Below are positions 32,601-40,191 of a stretch of DNA of 64,000 nt, in pieces. The notes below the pieces were generated by a model. That model was not told where the DNA came from and made no database searches. It saw nothing but the letters and a program-made list of their open reading frames with translations. The stretch is from contig JAHDYR010000003.1 of the NCBI GenBank assembly GCA_019828565.1, forward strand, positions 310,001 to 374,000, in the 5' to 3' direction. Source of the stretch: Carpediemonas membranifera BICM. Taxonomy: Eukaryota; Protista; Fornicata. A program made the translations under genes and the position numbers. Each line of letters begins with the position of its first letter. Position 1 is the first letter of the stretch.

Positions 32601-33179
32601 CGTGGGGGTGCCGTCCAGGGCGAAGGGGAGGCCGTGTGGGGTGAGTACGGCGGTGGGGGAAGCAGACGAGTCAATATCGAAAAGCATGGCTGTGGCAGAT
32701 GTAGTAGACGCTACCACGAGTGTGCTCTGATCAGGGGAGACCTTCATGATGGCTGCCATGTTCAGTGGGACTGTGGTTGACTCGGCCTCGAAGACGGCAC
32801 TGAGATCAGAGACGTCGAAGGCTGTGATGACGTCCTCTGAACCAGTGGTGCATGTGGCGAAGACATAGCGGTCAGTTCCGGCGAGCTGGGCCCCGAAGCG
32901 TGCAGTGCAGCTCGTGGGAACAGGGAGACTCGATGGGGAGGAAAACTGTGGGAGAGTGCCGTATTGGACTTCTCCTGGCGCATGGGAAGATGCGCCAGCA
33001 AACAAAGTATCTCCGATTATCCAAATGGCCTCTCCAAATGATGAACCAGTGTCGCCGTTCGTGATTAGTGCATCTGTCCGAACAGGAACGACTACTACGG
33101 CCGATGAAAGCGAAACTAGTGCGAAAACGAGCAATAGTGTGCTATAGAAGCGTTCACGATGTCCAAGAACTGGCATCAT
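17652..33179 (-). CDS. Giant type-I membrane protein (~5,175 aa): 12 FG-GAP/integrin-alpha-like beta-propeller modules separated by Cys-rich (CxxCPxG) linkers, TM helix, Pro-rich tail
   Basis: Signal peptide STLLLVFALVSLSSA; recurring FG.S.A....L.VGAP...G.V motifs; CPAG.Y...C..CP.G linkers; TM VLYAVIPSFAVASLLLLGCLCCTCILAM; intronless 15.5-kb ORF. Confidence 0.9.
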   Translation of the reverse strand: MMPVLGHRERFYSTLLLVFALVSLSSAVVVVPVRTDALITNGDTGSSFGEAIWIIGDTLFAGASSHAPGEVQYGTLPQFSSPSSLPVPTSCTARFGAQLAGTDRYVFATCTTGSEDVITAFDVSDLSAVFEAESTTVPLNMAAIMKVSPDQSTLVVASTTSATAMLFDIDSSASPTAVLTPHGLPFALDGTPTDIAISNTHILFSWLSSGGYIDSYTFDGVLDTHLALVMPDGTPAEVVSMDACEYAVLATITDGTNFAVRVLSMDLEFSSGFDGTTTIVRTGTGLSPSCSYAVGASAGLGRSETYFASIGEHNTREIYITLAYFVQTSHADIGSVVTATDSWVAFGKPSSEIVMAVPICRSGSKMVGPYEASTYDDPCIACSNGVSNLADITECSTIQESGGVSMTPTTPIIAVSGNLFMRGDPDFSSSAGAVYLHTVDDFINNPAPTFTVLLGSAGVAYKYGSAVAASDFYAVVGTDASTPNDGYVKIYDIRYSLSAVLLSIAASDRSLSNFGGKAIVVHPSKPVFAATAVSSGESVVVVYYGADFVSKLQTRGTVDPSFGYQMIMTENHLFICNFIDQEVYKYTLASFNPGTSGVVSFVHTYPRSGSNDLKGVAATDTYTLVVDLSVTSILTFSLFDSADTAANPTALQQQTVAVSNTAPPVLIDCDQNTGKCAVAHIHDVYVFDLSGKTPEADILSSGLGAPYAGLSTAGDYVVSVAINNNAIFITGAISPGMVYYTFTACQGDLAVPQNPAFAAFSPSFQTCEHCPAGWYSTGFDVACRPIPFGDSIENGKRLALAGIDLTPKLSDIGFSTADVAAKNHLLAASDGSSKVALFDVDFTGLHGHGPFLTKPNSVGSSVFGSAVAVTDSGHVIVGSPTASGVAHGISIFELTHDSAVYVRSFFKYVPNCEYGDSIATHGDYVAVSAPGSACEAVDVYSTVDWTKSSLRNDGSLSAPSPDSFGTHIAIDNDYLYASGVWSGQSVVFALGGFKVPSATLSVAQRIDPYAGVGTAAIAQIIADPATETLFVSWEASDLKYGVYRRCREPNGGLTRLAVKDTISPPPLSFSYFNGERYIVASTGQTFSSSTNLLDVRSRATVTNAIGTTDYNGKFTLVDGLPIFHSAANANQLGVLLPTYSDALPGEELLAGGYYRPCPDGYFSPGLQALCTKCPPHYASNTDHTACVPEYTVSTVDPGVAVTAISTYKDAMAAVSYTEGCGTDTGSVFLHVYDGTAWALTETLTPPASGCVGLAVTINDDWLAVSSEFDDGLVLVYSRSTLDLTASLTPADAGTGFGWSLALAGDSLLVGAPTSSANGQPGAGVVFVFEFDSSSGWPTGPDHTLSATVPSPSERFGASIDVKIMSDGSFAVAVRTAPSSNPGSVFMFDTPSWSVSQAAIGTDPSFGHEVAVISHDELFTAESDEVIRIHFHDFIYDAYIIDSAVTAAYGDALGAFGDQVVSSATSYSLYGHDTGAFTVSGYEPTPSSMGDAGFLLPPSERLVDSMGFGQPASTMGSGVMFATDAQSTAITCIHPTCTAGQHADTWYSCADCPPYTVGDGQTCANYTAPTVHGRLVNTMGLATEGDMIVSGTPYASAGFSVAVCFWAEDWATPCTYLVDDFSGDSTPWHLGFDIGLADDWLVTSAYQPDSSSYAVVVFTRSGKEFYNPSVVVMAGAYSLLVDVSGDSILVVDKNGDDPSSSFTTIDVYKYSLGSQYWAQDTTSTRQGVATSAAIDGDKYAVGFPYFGSVRTDAKQAGSWGTLISDLEELGGAGSFGQSIALEGNTMIVGAPDVPDVGGAMYAYVFTANQWVLNSAAITPNDPRDTGRFPTNIAIHDGHVAAGWSGCKRGADTGCVLLFDPIAQSGGLDVYAQTAIFSHPSSPMTGDFLAIGDKIILTMGMNDIAGAGTTYVLTLNALCPIAHYADTWYSCAECPDNSFAPKHRMSCTSVEVGEQITKARDAAFQVSVLSAVISGSTSDDKFGITLSANGDLVAIGSTEGYAYVYQVQGLLGDPFVDLVLELDEAGTLFGSAVAICSSWLAVRASASSVVVYAITSGPEFTVDRTFSSAVAGFGANLVVDDTLLIISNSIDAIILFEHDGTDWLTQVQVTGPASSGFGYSIAMTDNYFFVGAPNNDAVYAYERSAIAAAMPYFATYTSASSGVSFGSTLAAVESTSGVLVAVGCPGQTVGSYTGAVQILSMIPSFSLEETVSYSGGVIPTAMLLDETALLASASDADIGIASQAGTFVSFQYNSVEAAWTESRLFSAITPTANEQVGQAIAAGDACVFYSSTPTGSPGNVYVTCAVCPAGQKPVSWRLCEPCPAGMYSEAGWPECRACPAGYTINTDQTGCDAPYTAESHSAPPPIVAGELGTVVRIQGDQVFALYGTKTMTPNVERYTYSSATKAWEDAGMVLSSSALATPAAHTASFDVSEHWLAVGSPSEAKVYVYSRADASFDQLDALEPSGLAGPPTSFGSAIAMTDVVIVSGTPDTLTGQVDVFSFNGAHWEPQFVFTSSLTAAGDLFGASVAISPGASFIVASDPLTSKVYVLNYTAELTGSVTESQTIAGSGSFGMALAATETTIVVGAPTATVLGVTGAGSATVLTLVDGAWTPLTTLTAPYPESEGFGSSVAIDEEDTIVVGAPDYNSGVGRAHFIAYDGSDWAYHYSLDSADSTATSFGTSVASNTQFLAVGAPALNTDAGGLTVMFQPCSAKGNGYMASWRYGCESCPFNQNTDTYCRFPTVFKSVHRDLSGSTDSYFGYAIAATDDFIALSTHFAPASDDNVVTIRATMNSYSDPSIPVATMTVSDAEFGKSMDMNDGFLVVGASNTVEIYRIVQTAFVKIATKGILPAEPSFGDTLLLWGNYLAVGAPDVAVGSSSIINGAGVVVIYELTESSATMVATITLDGVAGRGADALGTSLVEHGGTLFIGAPGANTVFAVDESDWSTITQVITATLPTATVSFGSFMAYDDVNDLLLISDPDADMFGTAQGAVVAFELDADTSEWTQLTWIRSMYSDMTNFGQTLAASNGFFSSGSPDFLDGANRPGSLEVMAFDNSTRRYVDFHFGRVTDNNAGATIEVLSNAIFYPVMPDDDAIAQIRLCPAGTYSTFWTCEPCPPGQWSKSYSRYCELPPPGREVDADQTGTHDDLTTATVAPAGSSAGTGFWGTATATYGDNLVLAGGSVDAYLFTRGDSGWVEMTMLTTAFGVQDVAIDSEWLVLVAGFAGTIIYRLDPRSVTQHSSFVGASDCFKVGLVDGNIAALNAYYATTDLFEYDPVADTWDESSAAFIGDSLAVHADYFVVGDGPTLFVTPWPSACTGVACTWSLPVNGSDAVLMLDDLTIFTANTATSTIEVLVNKGTTASPSWTISQTLTDPDGGTVSLAASGRAVFAGIPSHNSEDGAVRVISKHNTVWMLDYLITGLVNFDTQLGASLSASESTVVMGAPANTGSPTVPGTALVATVFCPANSYSDSFHTCAACPTSTVSKAGAVECSACPAGTTLSSSGNECVHLFDKQTLTVSTSVGSSLALSDLLVATVPDLGDLIMARFDPFTHTWTQFSQIAALTAEASRLVVTDDFILFGDPYYNLDEGRVGVIRRYGFIFEDIEFIDAPTSDTFFFGWQIDVSDFTLIASSSGGSIYTYDLADGSDIDTQDFGDSCYNFAVYGRMMVCSSNIGMISVYPDFADKDTSVNLGIGPNSAVADFLVTDDLILVGSPHDTSNSGNSIHNGAVYVYLNDGVGYPLQTLITRPDLSNSDAGFGSSIAQLDADNIAIGAPGDPGDINSSGQMYWVTLNATNGYRWVDSFATSVLPGSMDQFASIKSASDGGAFAISAPEVGKVNIFTRKCPAGSYTTSLTACTACPTGTVSAANSMACHPCPAGLETNSGQTACVEILEGKRFEVDGSNQGFFDVHEGLATVRRLRSSELTIELFSYSEAAGWVESGTLVPLPNNDSKPTGLTTIIMDEHIIVGGYGGTDLNPGRTTGAALIYDRWSLELVQQILPPDDSLASDSFSFTGTRVGDSHIILSDYHATASDGSLLAGAIHLYRLVLDEWAWVDSFAESGTVGYGWHAAARESTVAVSTQEFAPYTTAGAQVFVYQFNGSTLTPVTSVTLTGYQYIGKAMDISPDEDTLAVACLDPTVPAADTYAVFEFNISTSVIVTVAEGTWALTNSAKTQSLAHAGDAIYHGCAYDKGMNGSIVVYDRVAPGFWSAAHTLTIPGVVSGEAMGMGLKITDSGLIVVGYSDIVIYSRYDCPVDEVATSWLECGPVPSGSIAYSNSHTRCLNGSYADNSTTCVPCDAGTYQPNKGSTECLSADAGFFVPDDGYAHTAPIECPVATSQTAAESTSCTRSYGIQTLDLGVSSYTPAVALDDDLLLVGLPETNQVSLYTAVLSVWTPNATVTPPSAATDFGHAMVLRDDWLAVGAPSLTDAGAGAVFVYTRDGHTFPFHSTLTATSTAEFGKSLDLQYPLLAALAWDDSAGTSVVEFFLYDETNEEWIDQYTPTAIGGVALTVGIMSLAPSIRFAVGMADESRVCAFLMPCTAVNSVQFSRVVSATSGETVAFGDGALDTGFSGHRTAAGSFGMWVSDTDSVIWPDFDPIEDQGLGRAVAVHGTTVAATDAFGAVHLYSRASGSATATVHVYLRDDGFDPDPGFGHGLAVDPMSMAVVSLVDGAYELSMIGMTCDAGNYADSWHSCAPCPAGSYSPAPGYWECVDAPPGSVVPSDGRSTPEVCDGGHFADSPGADICQTCGTGSTNDADGHGHSTCLSEVENSTTSVEVSGRSDIDAITVDGVAATIISTSPVEIIPIVGSSDGAIHPGDYELEVEFSDSTIESTTLTIPADFETPDTTLTLSGTTLIAAMESRICPSNLPFAAMGVRPLTGILTAGTVTCVSDETVSGSNLADSFSPSISKRAEGEYCLTMTDVTLTGTTAFAILIDDEEQALVLSDNAICSTAASASTSVSTQVYLSADTRTIVATFDGTEIASDSETYNEVSVLYAVIPSFAVASLLLLGCLCCTCILAMAGSAIVVEVVMLFRTKTKGSDDEDLKPQPIVGSTPTVLPPMDLPPLLKPAMMPTQPGRSSLNSIGGMNVPVGVRPTLPAIRPPLGQSPNPSTASPMKLPPNSPPAGTPPVARLPPTLGRSGLPPLVGMPRPGVKLVLSPMQLPGVGLNVPKKTD

Positions 33180-33532
33180 GGCGGCTTCCCAACCGAGATC
33201 ACAACAGAATCTCGATCTCAGAATAACCCCGCCACGAAAGCACTCGACGGTCGTTGACCGGTGCTGAACAAGGCGCGAGTAGACCATTGGAGTTCATTTT
33301 CCAGCCTTCTTTCCCCTGGATCTGAATCATTCCATGAATCGCTTTACACACTGGCCACCATGCTCAAAGTAGAGGCCACTGGTCGAGCTGAAGCAGACGC
33401 AAAGCATCGGTAGGCACTGTTGGCCCACATCATAGGGCCAGTAATCGCAAACGGTAAATGTTCGTAAACATTCACAAAGATTCTTGTGCTTAAAATGCGA
33501 AATCAACCAACCTGGCGGCTAATCCAGGCCGT

Positions 33533-35167
33533 TCAGAGCGCAATTCTCACCAGCTCACACGCAGTTCTAAACGCCACTGTTGTGTTCTTAACCGGTGTTG
33601 GCTGCAGCACCACCGGCCCCGCTCCCTCCACTCCAAGCTGACCTGAGTGATTCGACCCGAAAGCAGACCATCCGTCAGGCCCGTGGAGCCAGTACTGGTG
33701 GGAGATATGGGAGCATGCCCGGACAGCGTCAACGTCGTGTGGTAGTGAGAAGCAAGTGACGGCGTCATCCGCCATGGCAAGCCCGAACGAACCATGCCCA
33801 TCATGACGGATGAATACCCAGAGGTCGGCCGCCTGGATGAACGCGGCGCTGACCTTATACGGGAGTTCCATGGCAGCCGGCTGTATCGCCCGCTGGCCTA
33901 CGCCGTGTTCGAGAACGGCGGCCCCGAGCGGACTCACCCGGCCGGCGTACAGGAATACACCACGACTGAGTAGGAGGCTGTAGTTGTACGGGTAGATGGA
34001 GAACCAGGCATGGTCTACTGGGAAGGGGACCTCGGAAAACCCGCGCACCTCGGAGCGATGGCCAAGGCCAAGCTGTCCAACGTCATTTGCCCCCGTAAGA
34101 AGGAGACGCTGGCCTTGTTCCAGGCCACGGCGGTCGTAGTAGCCGAGCATCGCGTGTGGTGTGAAGCCGAGGGGCAGGGGCACCGGTCGAAAGAACGGCA
34201 CCACCTTCTCCGGCCCAGTGCTGAGGTGACCGCGATCATTGTGTCCAGCTGCCACGGTCCCGGCAGTGGTAACGAGCATGGTGTACTCCACAAAACAGGC
34301 CTGGTCTCTACCATAGCCGACCGGGATGAACAGGTTCGTAACGAGCTCGTGCTTGTGCCATGGGGGAAGAGAAGCCTCGGCCTCGGCTACTTTGGGGGCA
34401 TCTGGGAATCTGATACGGGTGGGGAACACGCGATGCACTGGCCCGACTCCGAGGGAGCTATGTAAATTCTCCCCGAAGCCGTAAATGCCGGCCGGGGTGA
34501 GTGCGATGACATTGTACCCTGCCGGATGGAGCCTGACTACTGGGGGGATCCGCACGCGTCTGTAGCAGTGGACCATGGTGTCCTCTGTCACCACGCCAGT
34601 CTCGCGATACTCGTTGTCCCCTCGGGAGTAGAGTCGACCCGCGTACAGTCGATAGTGGTCTTCATTCTGGTGCTTGTAGTAGCCGTCTTTCTCTGCTACC
34701 ATGTATGCGAACCGAAACTTCTTACACATGAACCAGAGGCACTTTGCCTGAGGTGAGTATCGCTTGTGGAATTCACGGTCGTAAAGATCGGGGTCTGCGC
34801 CACCAGCCATGAGGCAGGCCCACACTGTGCCCTGCAGGAGGGTGTGTAGTGTCGTCGGGAGGTCCTCGTCTGGCCGTAGAGGGATGTCCATGGACAACGT
34901 CGGTCCGTTCGTAAGAATGAAACGGGCATGGTCGATGAGAGAAGCAGCGGAGGGCTCGTAGAGCGTGGTAGAGGCGAGCAAGGAGATAAGACCATCGATG
35001 CTGACGCCTGCGGTGTCGATAGGGCTTCCGTGCATCGTCACATCCTCCGAATACTCGTTGTGGAACGCACGGGCAATGAGGGAGGGCACATCGCCCTTAA
35101 CCAGCTTAGTGATGCGCACTGCTAGCTGGTGCGCGATCACCAGCTTCATTCGCGGATTCCTGTTCAT
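33533..35167 (-). CDS. F-box-like + RCC1 repeat family protein (member D)
   Basis: DLPTTLHTLLQGTVWACL...AKCLWFMCKKF; RCC1 repeats RLYSRGDN, YGFGEN..SLG, GANDVGQLGLG, FGSNHSGQLG. Confidence 0.85.
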   Translation of the reverse strand: MNRNPRMKLVIAHQLAVRITKLVKGDVPSLIARAFHNEYSEDVTMHGSPIDTAGVSIDGLISLLASTTLYEPSAASLIDHARFILTNGPTLSMDIPLRPDEDLPTTLHTLLQGTVWACLMAGGADPDLYDREFHKRYSPQAKCLWFMCKKFRFAYMVAEKDGYYKHQNEDHYRLYAGRLYSRGDNEYRETGVVTEDTMVHCYRRVRIPPVVRLHPAGYNVIALTPAGIYGFGENLHSSLGVGPVHRVFPTRIRFPDAPKVAEAEASLPPWHKHELVTNLFIPVGYGRDQACFVEYTMLVTTAGTVAAGHNDRGHLSTGPEKVVPFFRPVPLPLGFTPHAMLGYYDRRGLEQGQRLLLTGANDVGQLGLGHRSEVRGFSEVPFPVDHAWFSIYPYNYSLLLSRGVFLYAGRVSPLGAAVLEHGVGQRAIQPAAMELPYKVSAAFIQAADLWVFIRHDGHGSFGLAMADDAVTCFSLPHDVDAVRACSHISHQYWLHGPDGWSAFGSNHSGQLGVEGAGPVVLQPTPVKNTTVAFRTACELVRIAL

Positions 35168-36219
35168 TCTTGTCCAGGAATCTCTGCAACCCTGGGCATA
35201 GCCTGCCCCTGCCTCAAGACTGCCCCGAGACTACCTGAGACCAGATGGGTCATGCAAGCAGCCGTGCAAGTTGCTCCCGGCCGATTCAGAGCGGCCTCCG
35301 CGTGTTCCGGCGAGATCCCGCGCTCCGATTTGATACGGTAAGAGGATCTTTGTGGAAAACAGAATACCTGCAATTAGAGACATTACTAGCCCTATGTTTA
35401 CCCTCGTTTGCAGACCAACCCAATCAACAGGCACCCTTGGTCGCCACGATCCCTCAGTCTGACAGACAGTATCAGGGCGACGCTGTTGAGGCCGGTCGGG
35501 TCTGGTTGTCCTTGGAGAGCCTCTGTCCTGTGTCTTGGTGGCGTTCCGTGGCTGGCACAGCGTCGACTCGCCACTCGCCAGCACATTCGACTCGGCTGAC
35601 TTTGTCGAGGTTTCGACGCCAGCAATGGAGCGACGATGCCCAAGGTTCGCGATTTCTAGCGATTCTCACACAGATGGTACGACACAGTGGCAGCTACATC
35701 GTTATCCCTCACACATCGCACCTGATGCGGTTGATCCGCCTGTTTCATGGATACGCACCCAGTGGTACGTATCGAGGCCGCATTCTCACGCAGCAACGAC
35801 TGTAGGACAGTAGATGCTCAGATTCGCACGGCAAGCACCAAGCGCATCAGCCGCAGAGGCATCCAGGTCCTCAAGCGAGGGGAGACGCCGATCACTATCC
35901 AGGACCTCGAGAAGGTCATCCAGCACATTCTCAGCAAGAGCATTGAACCCAGAGGACTGACGATTGAGCTTACTGAGCCCGCTGTTACCGTCACGATGGT
36001 GTATGGCAAGCTCGAGGCCGACCATGAAAACAACCGGGTTGAGCTCGCGCTCGAAGCATGGAACACGCGACCTATAATGGATATTGATGGTAATGTGTGC
36101 ATTATGACATTAGCAGGGCACGATAACACAGCGATTGATGTCGCCACCACCCCCGACGGCACCATCGTCTCTGCACCGTCAAGCAGTGGGACTCGGCCAC
36201 TGGTCAGTGTATCAGGACC

Positions 36220-37830
36220 ATGACACATGGAGATTGTGTTTGGAGCATGGCCGTGTCGCCGTATGGGTCGACCATTGCCTCTGGTGGTGACAATCTCATC
36301 AAGCTCTGGGACGCAGCCACAAGTCAGCACATCCAGACACTCAGCGAGCACACTGGGTGTGTGTGGAGCCTTGCATTCTCGTCTGATGGCCGCACCCTGG
36401 TCTCTGGATCGTGGGACGACACCGCCAAGGTCTGGGACGTTGAGACAGGGCAGTGCAGGCTGACACTAACAGGGCATGATGATTGTGTGGCTAGCGTGGC
36501 CATTTCCCCTGATGGCTCGATCATTTACTCTGCAGGTTGGGACTACAAGGTCAAGCAGTGGAGCTCCTCCACAGGTGAATGCATCAGAACCATGGACCAT
36601 GGTGACTTTGTCTGCAGCGTTGCCGTTTCACCCGATGGAGCCATTGTCGCATCAGGCAGCGATAATGGCTGCATCAAGTTCTGGGACTGCGCAACTGGCC
36701 AGCTGACTCGAACCCTTGATGGGCACACCAATGTTGTGTGGAGCCTCGCATTCTCCCCCGACGGCAGGACTCTGGTGTCTGGGTCTGAAGACAAAACCAT
36801 CAAGCAGTGGGACGTCGCGACTGGGGCACAGATCATGACGATCTCGGGGCACGATTGCAGCGTGATAGGTGTCGCGTTCTCCCGAGACGGCACCACCATC
36901 ATGTCTGGATCCAGTGACAAGACAGCCAAGGTCTGGAGCATACTACCCCGCACCCCCGAGTTCCTGGTCACCGTCAACGAACTGTGCTCCAGCCCAGTCG
37001 CCCCCGACGCCGACATCGACCCAGGCGACCCGACCTCTTTCACTGGCGATCTCGCTTGCATCCTCTTCAACTTCCTCGCCACTGGTCTGCCCCGCTCCTT
37101 CACGATGACGCTGACCCGCCCCGCCGCCAGAGTCTGGCTGGATGACAACAAGTTCGCCAAGACAGACTCCGATGACGCCGAACTGGCCAAGCTCATCAAT
37201 CTCTTTAACGAATGCAGGTGCGACCATATTCTTGCCGACTTATGCTTGAGCGCCGTCTCGGACGTTGTCCTGGTTAACACCACTTTCGGCCAGCTGAGGC
37301 AGGTCATCTCTCGCGTGGCCTCATCGCAGGTCGCCCCACAAGATCTCCGCATCACCATGGCCGCCCCGAGTTCGTCCGTGATCAGAATGTCGGGTGGACT
37401 GTTTGAGGCCGAAGGTCCGCAGAATGATGTCGTTGACGCAATCATATCACAGGCGAACAGCAACGCCAGACTCCGGGCAGAACTCTCCGATGCAAGAGCA
37501 GCTCTCTCCGAGGTAACAGCAGCTCTCTCTGGGGCGAGGACCGAAGTCGCTGAGGCGAAGGCCACCATTTCGTCTCTCCAGACTATTGTTAAGTTCGCCG
37601 CTGTCGACCATGCTGCTGAGCTGAGCGCCACGCTCGAGGGCCACCCCCTGTTCTCGATCTCTATGCCAACACCTGACAGTGGTAACATCCCGTCGCCCGC
37701 TGGTCTCATCAGCCGACTCGGCCAGGCCAGACGCCAGCCAGAGAGACGTGTCGCCGAGTACGAGGCGGTCATCGACCAGGCCAGGGCCGGGATCAAGGTG
37801 CTCCATGACAGGATTGCCGCGGTCAGCTGA
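36220..37830 (+). CDS. WD40-repeat segment (highly regular GH..V.S.AFSPDG..L.SGS.D.T.K.WD repeats) plus coiled coil
   Basis: About six canonical WD40 repeats lie in this ORF and a seventh starts in the upstream frame. Confidence 0.85.
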   Translation: MTHGDCVWSMAVSPYGSTIASGGDNLIKLWDAATSQHIQTLSEHTGCVWSLAFSSDGRTLVSGSWDDTAKVWDVETGQCRLTLTGHDDCVASVAISPDGSIIYSAGWDYKVKQWSSSTGECIRTMDHGDFVCSVAVSPDGAIVASGSDNGCIKFWDCATGQLTRTLDGHTNVVWSLAFSPDGRTLVSGSEDKTIKQWDVATGAQIMTISGHDCSVIGVAFSRDGTTIMSGSSDKTAKVWSILPRTPEFLVTVNELCSSPVAPDADIDPGDPTSFTGDLACILFNFLATGLPRSFTMTLTRPAARVWLDDNKFAKTDSDDAELAKLINLFNECRCDHILADLCLSAVSDVVLVNTTFGQLRQVISRVASSQVAPQDLRITMAAPSSSVIRMSGGLFEAEGPQNDVVDAIISQANSNARLRAELSDARAALSEVTAALSGARTEVAEAKATISSLQTIVKFAAVDHAAELSATLEGHPLFSISMPTPDSGNIPSPAGLISRLGQARRQPERRVAEYEAVIDQARAGIKVLHDRIAAVS

Positions 37831-38814
37831 CTATCAGGCGGCCTCGGCCATCGTTGACGGCGCCGCTGCCTTCGAGTCTCCCCCCTCGCTCGACGAGATG
37901 GCCCGCGTGCTCAAGGCTGCTGACAACGAGGTCGTCGTCTTCCCCACCCTCGCGCCCGAGCAGCAGGCCAGGTACGCCATGCTCCGCGCCTTCCTCCAGC
38001 CGGCCGTCCGCCAGACGTGGCAGCGGGTCCTCAGTCGGAATGAGCTTGGCGATAATACAAACGCTGAGGAGCGCGCCATTCGCGAGCTGGCTGGCCTGGC
38101 CGCCGAGGCTGAGGACCATCTGGCTGGGTTCGCCGAGGCCGACGCCATCACTGCGCAGCTCCGGTCGCTGGGCGACTACCAGCACCTGAAGAGCTCGATC
38201 GCTGAGCTCGAGGAGACGGTGGAGTTCTACAGCCGGCCCCGCAAGAACGACGCGGCGATATTCAAGGAGGCGAAGGAGGACCTCGAGAAGGCAAACGCCA
38301 CGCTCGCTGAGATGAACGCCGTCCTTGCCCGCCGCACGCCGCAGCTCGCCCGGCTCTGCCCCGAGCTGAGGACTATCACTGCGCCGTCCGCCAGCCTCTT
38401 CACTGCGCTGCGTGAGATGGGCCTGGCCCACCTCATGGACCTCCCCGAGATGTGCGCTGATTTGTCGCTGTCCGACTTCACCGTCGAGTCGACTGTCAGC
38501 GAGAACAGAGCGCTGTGCCAAATCTTGACCCGCGACGGCCAGACCTACTTCGCCAAGACCTTCAGGCTCGACAGCACGCACGAGCGCAAGCTCTGCGACC
38601 GCGAGGCTGGCATCCTGTCGCGCATGGCGCACAGCCCCACCGTGCCCAAGCTGCACTTCATCCTCGTCGACAGAGCCGAGCAGACATGCACGATCATCAT
38701 GGAGCGACTCGAAAGCCACCTGCGCGACGCCCCAGCCGACTCGCCCGACAGCCTGCGCCGACTGCTCCACGGCCTGCTCACCGCGATCCACGACCTGCAC
38801 AGCGCGGGTGTCTG

Positions 38815-38847
<33 letters not shown>

Positions 38848-40190
38848 GCGCGAGAGCCACCCCGTGCTCGTCGACTTCGAGACGGCCTCGAACATGGACG
38901 CCGTGAACATGACTGCGACCGGAGTCAACATCGGCACGCTCGCCTTCAGCGCGCCCGAAGAGATCGCCGCCCGCAAGGCCAGGAAGAAGCTGAAGCATCG
39001 CGAGCAGCAGGCCGCCGACGTCTACCACGCGGGCCTGACGATGCTCGGGGCCATGGCGCCGGACTACTTTGACTTCTGCCAGAGGCTGCTCAACTTGATC
39101 ACCAGCGATCTCGCATCCGCTTCGACCGACAACGACGACAGTCTCTGCATCGCCCTGCTGGACACCGTCACCGTCCCCGACGCCCTGTGCGACGTGCTCT
39201 CCGGCATGCTCGCCACCCACCCCGAGGCCCGCTGGTCCGTCCGCCTCGCCCTGGCCGACGGCCTCTTCACCGCCGCTGCCAACGAGCTGGACCCCGAGTT
39301 TGATCTCAACGCGGCGAACAATAGGTTCGCGAACGCCCACGCGTTCGTCGACGATATCGACCGCGCACGCCTGCAGATGTTCAACGAAGACCCGATCGAC
39401 ATTGCCCTCGCTGACGACATTTCAGCGAGCCTGGCCAGCATCGATGCGTGCGAAGAGGACCTGTTCGCCATCCCCGCGACACTCTCGGGCGACGACTCCG
39501 CGAAGGCCCTGCCCGACTTGGTTGTCGAGCTGCCGCGCGTGGCCGTCCGCCAGGCCGTCGGGGGCATGGAGTTCCCTGTGCCCATCTTCCGCGAGGGCAT
39601 GCTGGTCTTCACGCCAGACGCCCTCGACATGCCGCTCGACGACCTGCGCCCGGTCTTGCTGGGGCTCGGCCGCGTGCTGCAGCTAATGCTGCTCGACGGC
39701 ATCACCCTGTCCGCAGACATGGTCAGCGACGCCTGGCTCGTCGCACTCACGGGCGGCCGCGTCGACCTTGGAGCACTGATGCCCATCGTCCACCAGGCGC
39801 TGAAGACAACACTAGAAGATGCCACGACCGCGTGCCCTCACGAGGGATTCGCCGGTGACCTCAAGGCATACGGCGACGAGGTGAGACGACGCTTCCGCGA
39901 GCGCATGCAGATCGTCTGCAACGGCATGACCGCGAAGACGCGCTTCAGCACCAAGGTCCTCGCGCTGACGGCCGCCCAGCTGCGGGCCCTGCTCGTGCGC
40001 CCCAACCCGCTCACGATCAACGCCGTGCTCGACTCGCTACGCTTCCCTGATGGCAGCCAGGGTGTGCAGGACGCCGTCCGCGCCGTACTCGAGGACGACG
40101 AGATGCGCCGCCGCTTCGCCTTCCACGTGTTTGGCGGCCAGCTCCCCCAGCTTGGCTCCGTCGGCGTGACTCTCCACAGCCACCACACCG
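37830..40190 (+). CDS. Ser/Thr kinase domain followed by a degenerate HECT-like region
   Basis: FAK, HRDLKPENVML, VDFE, GTLAFSAPE, DVY..G; then LGRVLQLMLLDG, QIVCNGM, LTAAQLRALL. Confidence 0.8.
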
Positions 40191-40191
40191 C

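Noticed and set aside
37798-37837. A 16-nt (37822-37837) or 40-nt (37798-37837) intron that would fuse the WD40 and kinase ORFs in frame
   Set aside because: The donors GTCAGC and GTGCTC and the 4-nt branch spacing do not fit the seven good introns. It cannot be excluded without RNA-seq.
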